62,383 bases of DNA, from positions 1 through 62,383 of the forward strand of contig CAJLJQ010000001.1 of NCBI GenBank assembly GCA_905207015.1. Direction: 5' to 3'. The notes beneath the pieces were generated by a model. That model was not told the origin of the DNA and searched no databases. It worked only from the letters and a program-made list of their open reading frames with translations. Numbering within the stretch: the first letter of the stretch is position 1; the number at the start of each line of letters is the position of its first letter. Made by a program: the position numbers and the translations under genes. Source of the DNA: an uncultured Collinsella sp. (GTDB lineage: Bacteria > Actinomycetota > Coriobacteriia > Coriobacteriales > Coriobacteriaceae). This document shows, piece by piece, positions 1-9,214 of the stretch.

Positions 1-77
1 ATCGTTGGGGCCAGGCCCGATTTTGCCTCTTGACAATGTCCTGCTCATATTAAAAGGAACGTCCCTAACTGCCGGTC

Positions 78-118
78 AAAAAAACGAGCGAGGATCGCGG
101 GGTCCTTGCTCGTTTTTT
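78..118. terminator. Intrinsic terminator downstream of topA (bidirectional-looking)
   Basis: AAAAAACGAGCGAGGATC-loop-GGTCCTTGCTCGTTTTTT hairpin with A/T tracts on both sides, just past the topA stop. Confidence 0.75.
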
Positions 119-141
119 AGGGCAATGTTTCGGCTGCGCCG

Positions 142-2739
142 CTACTTGTCGGTGGCCGCTTTCTTGGCAGTCGATTTCTTCGCGGTCGTCTTCTTGGCCG
201 CCGTGGCCTTCTTTGCCGCCGTCGTCTTTTTGGCCGCCGTTGTCTTCTTCGCCGTGCTCGCCTTGGTTGTGGTCTTGCGGCCGCGGGCGGGCTTCTTCTC
301 CTTGGTCGGGCAGTCCATGTTCACGCAGATGCGCCACGGACCGCGCGCCGTGTTGACCACCACGATGGGGGCGCCGCACTCGGGGCAGGTCTCGCCCGTC
401 GCCTCGAGCTTACCGCGCGCCGGCAGAGGATAGCTCACGCCGCAGTCATCGTAGTTGGTGCAGCGGATAAAGCGCTTGCCGCTCTTCTCGCTCTTGTGCG
501 CGATCAGGTCGCCATGGCGTCCGGCCTCGGCGCACACCTTGCACTCGCCCACCTTAAGGTCAGGCTCGTAGTTGGTGGGGCACGTGGGGTTCACGCAAAT
601 CTCGAAGGCCTTCTGGCGGAACGGCTGGCACTTAATGCGCGGCGCGCCGCACTCGGGGCACACGGCCGCCTCGCCCTCGAGCGGGCTCACCTTGACGCCG
701 CTCGGCACCGGATAGGTCACATCGCAGTCGGGCCAGCCCATGCAGCCGATAAAGCTGCCGCGGGTCTTGGCGCTCGTCTTCATAACCAGGTCCTTACCGC
801 ACTTGGGGCAAGCGCCCACGCGCGCATCGGCCGTGACGGCGTCGCTGATGGCGTCGCCCAGTTCCTGCGTATGTTTGAGCAGCTCGTCGAGCACGCCGGC
901 CAGCAGCGCGCGCGAGTGCGTCACGACATGTTCTTCGGTGTCCTCGCCGCGCTCCACGCGGGTCATGTCGCCGTCGAGCTCGCTGGTCATATCGGGGCTC
1001 GTGATGCGCGGGGCAAACTGCGACAGTGCATCGATAATGGCGATGCCCAGCTGGCTCGGCTCCACGGGATCATTTTTGAGATAGCGCACGGCATACAGGC
1101 GCTCGATGATGCTCGCGCGCGTGGACTTGGTGCCCAGGCCGCGCTTTTCCATCTCCTGCACGAGCTTGCCCTGGCTGTAGCGCGCGGGCGGCTCGGTCTG
1201 CTTGGCCTCGAGTTTAATGTCGAAAACGTCGACCGTATCGCCCTGCTCCAGCGGCGGCATCTGCTCGTCGCGCTTAAGTCCATACGGATACGCCTCGCGG
1301 AAGCCCGGGGTCACGAGCACGTCGCCCGAAGCCACGAACGGCTCGCCGTTGACGTCGAGCTCGAGCTTGGTGTTCTCGATGGTCGCGGGCCCCATGAGCG
1401 TTGCCAGGAAGCGGCGGGCAATGAGGTCGTAGAGCTTGCGCTGGCCGCCGTCGAGCGTGGACGGATCGCCCTCGCCCGTGGGATAGATCGGCGGATGGTC
1501 GGTAGTCTCGACCTTGCCGCGCGTGGGCTTCATGGGACCGGCGAGCACCTTTTTGCACACGGGCGCCAGCGCCGGGTTGATCTTTGCCAGGTCGCTCACC
1601 ACGGCGCCCAGATCGAGCGTCGCAGGGTACACGGTATTGTCGACACGCGGGTAGCTGATGAGACCGGCCATGTAGAGGGACTCGGCGATTCGCATCGTAC
1701 GCGCAGGCGAGATGCCCTCGGCCGCAGCGGCAGCCTGCAGCGAGGTCGTCGCAAACGGCGTGGGAGGCTGCTGCTTACGCGAGCGCTTGGTCACCGCGGC
1801 AACGGTCGCCGTCTTGGCACCGTCGACGTGACCATACGCCGTCTCGGCAGCATCCTTGTCGGTAAAGCGCGCTGTCTTGTGCGCGATCTTAAAGCGGTCG
1901 TCCTCGGCGGCACCCTGCGCGGCACCCATACCGCGAATCTGCCAATAGTCCTCGGGCACAAACGCCATACGCTCGCGCTCGCGCTCGACCACCAGGGCAA
2001 GCGTCGGCGTCTGCACACGACCGGCGGAACGCACGTTGCCAAAGCCGCCAAACTTGGCGAGCGTCAGATAGCGCGTGAGCACCGCGCCCCAGATAAGGTC
2101 GATGTGCTGACGGCTCTCGCCGGCGTCGGCCAGGTTCTGGTCGAGCGAGACGAGATTATCGAAGGCGTGCGTGATCTCGGCCTTGGTAAACGAAGAATAC
2201 TGGGCACGGGCGACCGGCAAGTCCGGCGCAACCTCGCGCACTTTGTTGAGGGCGTCCGAGCCAATCAGCTCGCCCTCGCGATCGAAGTCCGTGGCGATGA
2301 TGACGCTGTCGGACTTTTTGGCGAGGTTCTTAAGCGAGCGGATGAGCTCTTTCTCGGCCGGAAGCTTAATGACGGGCGCCCAGGTGAGATAGGGCAGGCT
2401 CTCGAGCTTCCAGCCCTTGATGGAAATGCCCTCGGCAAGGAACGGCTTGCGCTTGGTGTCGTACGGCGGGCGGGCCAGGCCATCGGGCATATCGGCCGGC
2501 AGCATTTCGCCGTCCTCCGTGACCGAATACCAGCCCAACTTTTTATCGAACAGCACACTGTCGCAAAAATCGGGTGCCAGGATGTGACCGGCAAGGCCGA
2601 TCGTCACGCACTCCTCGCCCTTCCACTCAAAACGGTAGATAGCGGTGTTGTACACCTTGTCCTTTTTGGGCTTGCCCGTGGACAGACGCTCGGCGATCTG
2701 ACGCGCGGCGTCGTTTTTCTCAGCGATGATGAGCTTCAA
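142..2739 (-). CDS. topA: Type IA DNA topoisomerase (archaeal-like) with C-terminal Zn ribbons and Lys/Ala-rich tail
   Basis: Toprim IIAEK...ATDFDREGELIG, SAGRVQTPTL, catalytic ISYPR, GLGTKSTR, several CxxC ribbons; TTG start after AGGAG. Confidence 0.95.
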   Translation of the reverse strand: MKLIIAEKNDAARQIAERLSTGKPKKDKVYNTAIYRFEWKGEECVTIGLAGHILAPDFCDSVLFDKKLGWYSVTEDGEMLPADMPDGLARPPYDTKRKPFLAEGISIKGWKLESLPYLTWAPVIKLPAEKELIRSLKNLAKKSDSVIIATDFDREGELIGSDALNKVREVAPDLPVARAQYSSFTKAEITHAFDNLVSLDQNLADAGESRQHIDLIWGAVLTRYLTLAKFGGFGNVRSAGRVQTPTLALVVERERERMAFVPEDYWQIRGMGAAQGAAEDDRFKIAHKTARFTDKDAAETAYGHVDGAKTATVAAVTKRSRKQQPPTPFATTSLQAAAAAEGISPARTMRIAESLYMAGLISYPRVDNTVYPATLDLGAVVSDLAKINPALAPVCKKVLAGPMKPTRGKVETTDHPPIYPTGEGDPSTLDGGQRKLYDLIARRFLATLMGPATIENTKLELDVNGEPFVASGDVLVTPGFREAYPYGLKRDEQMPPLEQGDTVDVFDIKLEAKQTEPPARYSQGKLVQEMEKRGLGTKSTRASIIERLYAVRYLKNDPVEPSQLGIAIIDALSQFAPRITSPDMTSELDGDMTRVERGEDTEEHVVTHSRALLAGVLDELLKHTQELGDAISDAVTADARVGACPKCGKDLVMKTSAKTRGSFIGCMGWPDCDVTYPVPSGVKVSPLEGEAAVCPECGAPRIKCQPFRQKAFEICVNPTCPTNYEPDLKVGECKVCAEAGRHGDLIAHKSEKSGKRFIRCTNYDDCGVSYPLPARGKLEATGETCPECGAPIVVVNTARGPWRICVNMDCPTKEKKPARGRKTTTKASTAKKTTAAKKTTAAKKATAAKKTTAKKSTAKKAATDK

Positions 2740-2793
2740 AAGAGGCTCCTATCTCGTGTGTCTGCGGCTGCGCCCGCCCTCTTGGCGGCCGAC

Positions 2794-3477
2794 TTACGCC
2801 CTTGCTTGCTCAATCTGCCCGATGAGCCAATCGCACCAGGCATCCATGCCCTCGCCCTTGCGCGCGCTCACGGCAAACCGCGGCGCTTGCGGATTGAGGT
2901 CATCGAGGGTCTTAGTATACCTATCCATGTCAAAATCGAAAGCCGGGGCCACGTCGACCTTGTTGAGCAGCTGCGCGCCGGCGTGTTGGAAGATGCCCGG
3001 GTACTTGATGGGCTTGTCGTCGCCCTCGGGCACCGAGAGGATCATGATGGACAGGTTCTCGCCCAGGTCAAAGTCGACTGGGCAGACCAGGTTACCCACG
3101 TTTTCGATAAAGATGACGTCGATGTTTTCCAGACCCACAGCTTGGTCGAACGCGTCAACGGCCTCCATGATCATGTTGCCCTCGAGGTGGCACAGGCCGC
3201 CCGTGTTGATCTGGATGGCGGGCATGCCGGCTTCCTTCATGGTGATGGCGTCGACGTCCGAGGCGATATCGCCCTCGATAACGGCACAGCGCAGGCTGGC
3301 TTTGTCACGCAGGCGCTCGTTGGTGCCCAGAATCGTGGTGGTCTTACCCGAGCCAGGGCTCGACAGCACATTGATCACGTAGGTGTCCGTCTGCTCAAAC
3401 CGCTTACGCAGCTGATCTGCCAGGCGCTCGTTGCGCGACAGAATCGGCGACGCGATATCAATCGTTTTCTCGGCCAT
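2794..3477 (-). CDS. hypB: Hydrogenase nickel incorporation GTPase HypB
   Basis: SSPGSGKTT, VIEGD, QINTGGLCHL, IENVGNLVCP, EGDDKPIKYP, NKVD. Confidence 0.95.
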   Translation of the reverse strand: MAEKTIDIASPILSRNERLADQLRKRFEQTDTYVINVLSSPGSGKTTTILGTNERLRDKASLRCAVIEGDIASDVDAITMKEAGMPAIQINTGGLCHLEGNMIMEAVDAFDQAVGLENIDVIFIENVGNLVCPVDFDLGENLSIMILSVPEGDDKPIKYPGIFQHAGAQLLNKVDVAPAFDFDMDRYTKTLDDLNPQAPRFAVSARKGEGMDAWCDWLIGQIEQARA

Positions 3478-3532
3478 ACTTAGCGCTCCTTACTTTGGCC
3501 CTTTTATACCCCATCGCTAGATGGCGAGCGTG

Positions 3533-3889
3533 CTAATCGTCGGGGGTCTCGATCTCGATACTTGCGATGTCGAGTTCGCGGCCATGCAGCAGACGCACGT
3601 TGGCACCGCCACATTGGGGACAACGGCAATGGAAACGGTCGTGCTCAAAGACCTCACCGCAGTCCAGACACTCGCTTTGTGGATGGACTTCCTCCACGGC
3701 AAGCTCGCAGCCGCGCGTGAGCGGGTCCTCGTCGCGAAACGTCTCCCACGCAAAGTCAAGCGCCTCGCGCACGACCTCGGTCATATCCCCGATACGCAGC
3801 GTTACCAAAACGGCGCGCGAGGCCCCCGCCCCACGCGCCGCGCGAATCACTGTATCGAGTATGCCGTTGACAATGCCAACCTCGTGCAT
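3533..3889 (-). CDS. hypA: Hydrogenase maturation nickel metallochaperone HypA
   Basis: N-terminal MHE, CLDC...CPQC, GREL motif. Confidence 0.95.
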   Translation of the reverse strand: MHEVGIVNGILDTVIRAARGAGASRAVLVTLRIGDMTEVVREALDFAWETFRDEDPLTRGCELAVEEVHPQSECLDCGEVFEHDRFHCRCPQCGGANVRLLHGRELDIASIEIETPDD

Positions 3890-3895
3890 ACCGAT

Positions 3896-4687
3896 TTACT
3901 CCTCGTCGTCCTCGTCGTCCGAGAACAGGTCCAGACGGCTCACGAACAGGCCCTCCTTGCCCTCGCGCGCGGTAATGACCACGCGAGCGATGGCGAGCGA
4001 AATCTCGTAGAGCGAGAGCAGGGCGCCATACATGAGACCCAGCGTAACGGGCGAGCCGTCGGGCGTAATCACAGCCGAACCCACGAGCAGGCCTACGTAC
4101 ACGTAGCGCCAGGCGCTGCGGAAGGCCGCATAGGACACGATGTGGAAAACGGACAGGTAGAAGATGATGAGCGGCAGCTCAAACGCCACACCAAAGCCGA
4201 TCATAAAGAGCAGCTCCATGTTGACGTAGTTCTCCAGATCGGGCAACGCCGTAGCGACAGCCGAGGTCTCGCCGATGAGCCACTCAAAGCCCGCCGGGAT
4301 GATGATGAAGTAGCAGAAGATGGCACCCAGGAAGAACAGCACCGTCGAGGCGAGCACCGTGGGCACAACCCACTTGCGCTCGTTGGGGCGCAGTGCCGGC
4401 AGGAAAAATGCCAGAATCTGCCAGATGATCATGGGCGTGCACATGACCACGGCCATCTTGATGGCAAGCGAGAAGCGCAGGCCAAAGCCGCCGAGCGTGG
4501 TGGTGATGTAAAACTTACCGTCCGGCACAAAGGAGCGGATGGGGTCCTCAAGAATATCGAGCACCACGGGCGTGGCAAAGTACAGCACGATGGCGGCGGC
4601 AAACACCGAAACGACCACGATGGTCAGGCGGCGACGGAGCTCTCCCAGGTGATCGAAGAGCGGCATGCGCGCAGGTCCGATCGGCAT
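3896..4687 (-). CDS. tatC: Twin-arginine translocase subunit TatC
   Basis: MPLFDHLGELRRRL, FFLPAL.PNE, FELP, ITPD; about six hydrophobic segments. Confidence 0.95.
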   Translation of the reverse strand: MPIGPARMPLFDHLGELRRRLTIVVVSVFAAAIVLYFATPVVLDILEDPIRSFVPDGKFYITTTLGGFGLRFSLAIKMAVVMCTPMIIWQILAFFLPALRPNERKWVVPTVLASTVLFFLGAIFCYFIIIPAGFEWLIGETSAVATALPDLENYVNMELLFMIGFGVAFELPLIIFYLSVFHIVSYAAFRSAWRYVYVGLLVGSAVITPDGSPVTLGLMYGALLSLYEISLAIARVVITAREGKEGLFVSRLDLFSDDEDDEE

Positions 4688-5259
4688 TACTCATCGCCTC
4701 CCTTCGGGGCGTCGGCGGCAGCAGCCTCGGCATCGTCCTCGACCTCGAGCTCGCGAGCGAGCTGGTCGACGACGGCCTTGCGCTTGCGGGGACGACGGGC
4801 GTAGAGGTCAGCCGTCGTGGGCTCTGCCGGCTCGGGCTCGGGCTCTGCAGCAGGCTCGGGCTCGACGGCAGCAGCAGGCTCTGTACCCTCGGCCTCATCA
4901 ACAGCGCCTTCGCCCTCAGCAGCACCCTCGCTTGCGGCCTTCTCGGCAGCAAGACGGGCGCGACGCTCGGCAAAGGTCTCCTTCTTGGCGGGCGCTGCCG
5001 TCTCGGCGGCATCCTCGTCCACATCGGAATCGTCGTCGGTCGCAGCAGTCTTCTTGGGCTTGACCGGGGCCGACGCGGCCTCGCTCACCGGATCGATAAT
5101 CTCGGACTGAACAACGGCCGTCATCTTTTCCTGCGTCTCGCGGAACTGACGGATGGCACGGCCGATCGTGCGGCCCATCTGCGGGAGCTTATCCGGGCCA
5201 AACAGCAAAAAGCCGAAGACCACGATGATCGCGAGCTCACCTTCTCCAATACCAAACAC
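4687..5259 (-). CDS. Twin-arginine translocase TatA/TatB family subunit with long acidic tail
   Basis: MFGIG.GEL...LLFGPDKLP...GRAIRQFR; GTG start at 5259 after GGAGG; abuts tatC. Confidence 0.9.
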   Translation of the reverse strand: MFGIGEGELAIIVVFGFLLFGPDKLPQMGRTIGRAIRQFRETQEKMTAVVQSEIIDPVSEAASAPVKPKKTAATDDDSDVDEDAAETAAPAKKETFAERRARLAAEKAASEGAAEGEGAVDEAEGTEPAAAVEPEPAAEPEPEPAEPTTADLYARRPRKRKAVVDQLARELEVEDDAEAAAADAPKGGDE

Positions 5260-5412
5260 ACATACCTCCAAGGCTCGATGTGATTCGAGCCCGCACCGCG
5301 CCATTCGGCCGGAACTCGTCTATTCATTCGGTCAAGTATAGCGCCCGGACGCCAAAACGTCCGAGCGCATCACAAACATATGCCAAACGGCACGCCCTTT
5401 TGGGGGCAAAGA

Positions 5413-5727
5413 TTATGCAGCGGTGATCGAAATCTCCTGGTCGACGCCCAACAGCTGAACCACGCGCATCACCGGGGGCTGCACGTTGACGCAGCTAAAA
5501 CGCTTACCATGATCAGCTGCGTGGTGTGCGGCGCCCACAAGCACGCCAATGCCCGTCGAATCGATGTAGCTCACCTGGGCAAAATCGAGCTCAACGGCCT
5601 CAGTGGGCTGCTCGAGCGCCAGGTCGATGGCATTGCGCAGGCTATCGGCGTTAGAGATATCGATCTCACCGGTCACCTTAATGGTGTAGAGCTCTGGCGT
5701 GGGGTTGGTGGAAATACCCAAATCCAT
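5413..5727 (-). CDS. STAS-domain protein (anti-sigma factor antagonist)
   Basis: GEID...V.YIDSTGIGVL phosphoacceptor motif; 104 aa. Confidence 0.9.
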   Translation of the reverse strand: MDLGISTNPTPELYTIKVTGEIDISNADSLRNAIDLALEQPTEAVELDFAQVSYIDSTGIGVLVGAAHHAADHGKRFSCVNVQPPVMRVVQLLGVDQEISITAA

Positions 5728-5793
5728 GTATACGCTCCTTTACGTATCGAAAGTGCGGATAGTACTAGGCGCGGACTTGCGGGGCCCTACGCG

Positions 5794-7098
5794 TTAGGCG
5801 CGCTCGGCACGCGCAAGCTCGGCAGCGACGAGCTTGACAGCCAGCACCAGCACATCGAGCGCAGCCTCCAGGTCCTCGACCGTGGGATAGCTCGGCGCGA
5901 TGCGGATGTTGGTGTCGCGCGGATCCTTGCCATAAGGCCAGGTGGCACCAGCCGGCGTGAGCTTGACGCCCAGGTCGGCACAAAGCGCGGCGACCTTCTG
6001 GGCCGAGCCCTCGGGGCCATCGAAACTCACAAAGTAGCCGCCATGGGGATGAGTCCAAGTGGCGCAACCCGTGTTACCCAAGCCCTCGGTGAGTTTACGC
6101 TCAACGGCCTCAAAGCGCGGGCGCAGGAACTCGGCATGCTTTTTCATGTGCTCCTTGACCGCCTCGATGGTGGGAAGGAAGCGCACGTGACGCAGCTGGT
6201 TGAGCTTATCGGCGCTAATAAGACCGGCCTTCAGGCGCTTGGAGAACTCGGCGATAACCGCGGGGCTCGCACCGATAAAGCCGATGCCGGCGCCCGGGAA
6301 GGTGATCTTGGACGTCGAGGCAAAGGCCACCACGCGATCCTCGGTGCCCGCCGCGCGAGCGAGGTCAAAGATGTTTGCGAGCTCGTCGGTCTCGTCGTAC
6401 AGGTCGTGCACGCAGTAGGCGTTGTCCCAGAAGATGCGGAAATCGGGCGCGGCCGTGGGCATCTCAACCAGGCGGCGCACGGTGTCCTCGCTAAAGGTGA
6501 TGCCCGTGGGGTTGGAATACTTGGGCACGCACCAGATACCCTTGATGGAATCGTCGGCGGCAACGAGGCGCTCGACCTCGTCCATGTCGGGGCCGTTGTC
6601 GGTCATCGCGACGGGGACGTTCTCGATACCCAAGTCGGCGGTGATGCCAAAGTGGCGATCGTAGCCGGGAACGGGGCACAGGAACTTGACCTTCTTGCCG
6701 TCGTGCGCGGCCTCGTAGGCGTCCCAGGGCTCGCTGCCGCACGAGCCACAACGCCAGAACATGCCGGCGATGTCATGCTCGATCAAAAGGCTCGACGAAC
6801 CCAGCACAAGCGTCTGCTCGGCGGGGCAGCCCAGGAACTCCCCCGCCAGCTTGCGTGCCGAGGGAATGCCCTCAAAGCAGCCGTAGTTGGAACAATCGAC
6901 GTTGCCGTCGTGCAGATCGGCGTCGGCATTGAGGATATCGAGCATGGGGCGCGAGATGTCCACCTGGGAGGGCGACGGCTTGCCGCGGGCCATGTCGAGC
7001 GCCAGGCCCTTGGCCTTGACCTCGGCGACCTCGGTCTTGAGCGCCTCGATGGCGGTATCGAGTTCGGTGGTTTCCATCTTCTGGTAGATCGTCTGCAT
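5794..7098 (-). CDS. PLP-dependent aminotransferase class I/II (Rv3722c-like aspartate aminotransferase family)
   Basis: LDMARGKP, PGYDRHF, VPKYSNPTG, WDNAY, STSKITF, IRIAPS. Confidence 0.88.
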   Translation of the reverse strand: MQTIYQKMETTELDTAIEALKTEVAEVKAKGLALDMARGKPSPSQVDISRPMLDILNADADLHDGNVDCSNYGCFEGIPSARKLAGEFLGCPAEQTLVLGSSSLLIEHDIAGMFWRCGSCGSEPWDAYEAAHDGKKVKFLCPVPGYDRHFGITADLGIENVPVAMTDNGPDMDEVERLVAADDSIKGIWCVPKYSNPTGITFSEDTVRRLVEMPTAAPDFRIFWDNAYCVHDLYDETDELANIFDLARAAGTEDRVVAFASTSKITFPGAGIGFIGASPAVIAEFSKRLKAGLISADKLNQLRHVRFLPTIEAVKEHMKKHAEFLRPRFEAVERKLTEGLGNTGCATWTHPHGGYFVSFDGPEGSAQKVAALCADLGVKLTPAGATWPYGKDPRDTNIRIAPSYPTVEDLEAALDVLVLAVKLVAAELARAERA

Positions 7099-7247
7099 GG
7101 GTGCGACCTTTCGCGAAGCGGTACGTTGCAGTTCGTCTAAGTATAGACCGCCACCGCCGCAACGTTATGAAGCCGTGATAGATTAAGTTCATCGCAATCA
7201 ATTACGAATCGCCGCGCATGCCGGCGTGGGGCGCCCAAGGAGGCACT

Positions 7248-7502
7248 ATGGAGTACGGATCGTTTCAGGCCGAGGAATTCGGCGACTTGCAGCGCCTGGT
7301 CGACGGACTGTTTTACGACCGCCACGCCATCGACCGCCTGGATCTGATCGTACAGGCCGAAATCTTGGACCTGGCGCCCGACCTCATGGAGATCGTGAAC
7401 CTTTTGCCGCCCGGCTACTACGACCGCCAGTCACTTTGCGACCAGCTCAACTCCGCCTTGGCCGCCCACGGCTGGGGCGCCGTCTACGGAACGGTGGAAT
7501 AA
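7248..7502 (+). CDS. Small acidic hypothetical protein
   Basis: AAGGAGG RBS before ATG 7248; followed by a repeat and a terminator. Confidence 0.75.
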   Translation: MEYGSFQAEEFGDLQRLVDGLFYDRHAIDRLDLIVQAEILDLAPDLMEIVNLLPPGYYDRQSLCDQLNSALAAHGWGAVYGTVE

Positions 7503-7507
7503 GCCTC

Positions 7508-7532
7508 GTCATTTAAGTACGTCCCTAATGAC
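7508..7532 (+). repeat. REP-like short hairpin (GTCATT-TAAGTACGTCCCT-AATGAC)
   Basis: Near-identical copies at 23935, 23977 and 47101. Confidence 0.75.
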
Positions 7533-7533
7533 T

Positions 7534-7571
7534 AAAACGCCGCCTGTGATGGTGTTCACAAGCGGCGTTTT
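7534..7571. terminator. Bidirectional intrinsic terminator between convergent genes
   Basis: AAAACGCCGC.TGTGA...TCACA.GCGGCGTTTT. Confidence 0.75.
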
Positions 7572-7588
7572 CAAACTTGTATGTGCCC

Positions 7589-8947
7589 TTACTCGTCTTT
7601 GGGCGAGGGATGCTTGCAGACCACGCTCATGTAGATCATGCCGAGCACGGCTGCGGTGACCGAACCGGCGAGAATAGCGGCCTTGGCTGCAAGAACCTCA
7701 AACTGGGCCGTCGGGAAGGCAAGGCCGCTGATGAGAATCGACATGGTAAAGCCGATACCGCCCAGAATGCCCACGCCGGCAATCATGTGCCAGTTGACAT
7801 TGTGCGGCAGCTCGCAGGCCTTAAGCTTAACCAGGGCAAACGTCATACCAAAGATGCCGATCGGCTTGCCCAGCAGCATGCCAAAGTACACGCCGAGCGT
7901 CACCGGGTCGGTGAGCAGCGTGCTCATGTCCACGCCCACTAAGCGAACCTGAGCGTTTACGAACGCAAAGATCGGCAGGATCACAAAGTTGACCGGCGTG
8001 GAGATCAGACGCTCCATGCGGATAAGCGGCGGGGTCACGCGGTGCATGACGCGCTCGACCTTGGTTGTCGAGACGGTAAAGTCATGCTGGCCCAGGATGT
8101 GTGCCTCATCATCGTAGCGGTCATCGAGCAGCGGCAGGCACTCGCCCAGCCAATCGGTGAGGCTATCGAGCTTGACGCCACACTTGGCCGGGATGGTAAA
8201 GGCCAAGATGACGCCAGCAAGCGTGGCATGTACGCCGCTCTTGAACATGCAGAACCACAGCAGCAGCCCCAGTACCGAATACGGGGCAAGGCGGTAATGC
8301 TGCGTCTTGTTAAGCCACACGAGCGCGCAGGTCACAAGCGCGGCGGCGCCCAACCAAAACGGATTGGGGCTCTGACCGTAGAAGATGGCGATGGCGGCGA
8401 TGGAGATCAGGTCGTCGGCGATGGCGAGCGTCGAGAAGAACACGCGCACGCCGTTGGGCACGCGATTGCCCAAAAGCGACAGCACGCCCAGCGCAAAGGC
8501 AATATCGGTTGCCATGGGGATGGCCCAACCGTTGCGGGCGCCGGCATGGTTAAAGATCAGGTAGATGCAGGCGGGAACGACGACGCCGCCCACGGCCGCC
8601 AACATGGGAAGCATGGCCTGACGCGGATTCTTGAGCTCGCCGACCGTCATCTCGTACTTAAGCTCAATGCCCACCAACAAAAAGAAAATCGCCATGAGGA
8701 AGTCGTTGACGAAAAGCTCAACGGTGAGACCAGCCGTAAGGTTGCCCAGACCCACATACAGCGGGGTCTCCAAAAAGTGATGGATGGCCTCGTAGGCATC
8801 GGTATTGGCGCAGATGACGGCGGCGATGGCGGCGATCACCATGACGGCGGCAGAAATGGTGCCGTTCTCGGCGATGCGCTCCCAGATGTCGTGACGTTCA
8901 AAGCGCTTGCGCTCACGAACATTGAACAGCTGCTCAGTTGCTGCCAT
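7589..8947 (-). CDS. nhaA: Na+/H+ antiporter NhaA
   Basis: VNDFLMAIFF, GWAIPMATDIAFALG, LAIADD, SGVHAT, GKPIGI, GIGFTMS. Confidence 0.95.
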   Translation of the reverse strand: MAATEQLFNVRERKRFERHDIWERIAENGTISAAVMVIAAIAAVICANTDAYEAIHHFLETPLYVGLGNLTAGLTVELFVNDFLMAIFFLLVGIELKYEMTVGELKNPRQAMLPMLAAVGGVVVPACIYLIFNHAGARNGWAIPMATDIAFALGVLSLLGNRVPNGVRVFFSTLAIADDLISIAAIAIFYGQSPNPFWLGAAALVTCALVWLNKTQHYRLAPYSVLGLLLWFCMFKSGVHATLAGVILAFTIPAKCGVKLDSLTDWLGECLPLLDDRYDDEAHILGQHDFTVSTTKVERVMHRVTPPLIRMERLISTPVNFVILPIFAFVNAQVRLVGVDMSTLLTDPVTLGVYFGMLLGKPIGIFGMTFALVKLKACELPHNVNWHMIAGVGILGGIGFTMSILISGLAFPTAQFEVLAAKAAILAGSVTAAVLGMIYMSVVCKHPSPKDE

Positions 8948-9155
8948 GGGCGGCTCCTTTCACGGGAAAGCTCCCGTCTTAAAAAAGCACGGCCCGCCCA
9001 GATGGCGGCGCCGCGCTCTAACGTATTACGCTTGCATCTAGCCTACCCTGCGCGACAAGCGCGCAAGCGCGGCCGAAAAGCGGAACCACAGGTTGAACAT
9101 TATTTGCTCAACGGCACAGGCACGCCTGTCCAAGAGACGACGCGGCGACGTGCAC

Positions 9156-9200
9156 AAAAAACGACCGGAGCGCGGGGCGTCCGCGATCCGGTCGTGGCGT
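9156..9200 (-). terminator. Intrinsic terminator after ppaC
   Basis: ACGACCGGA...TCCGGTCGT stem preceded by an A-run on the + strand. Confidence 0.65.
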
Positions 9201-9214
9201 TTGGTCAACTAAAC

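Noticed and set aside
496..3483. Very long antisense ORFs (also 5380-7140, 8042-10174, 21322-23043, 42305-43843, 52162-55239)
   Set aside because: Shadow frames opposite well-recognised genes; expected from high GC3 codon bias and lacking recognisable motifs.
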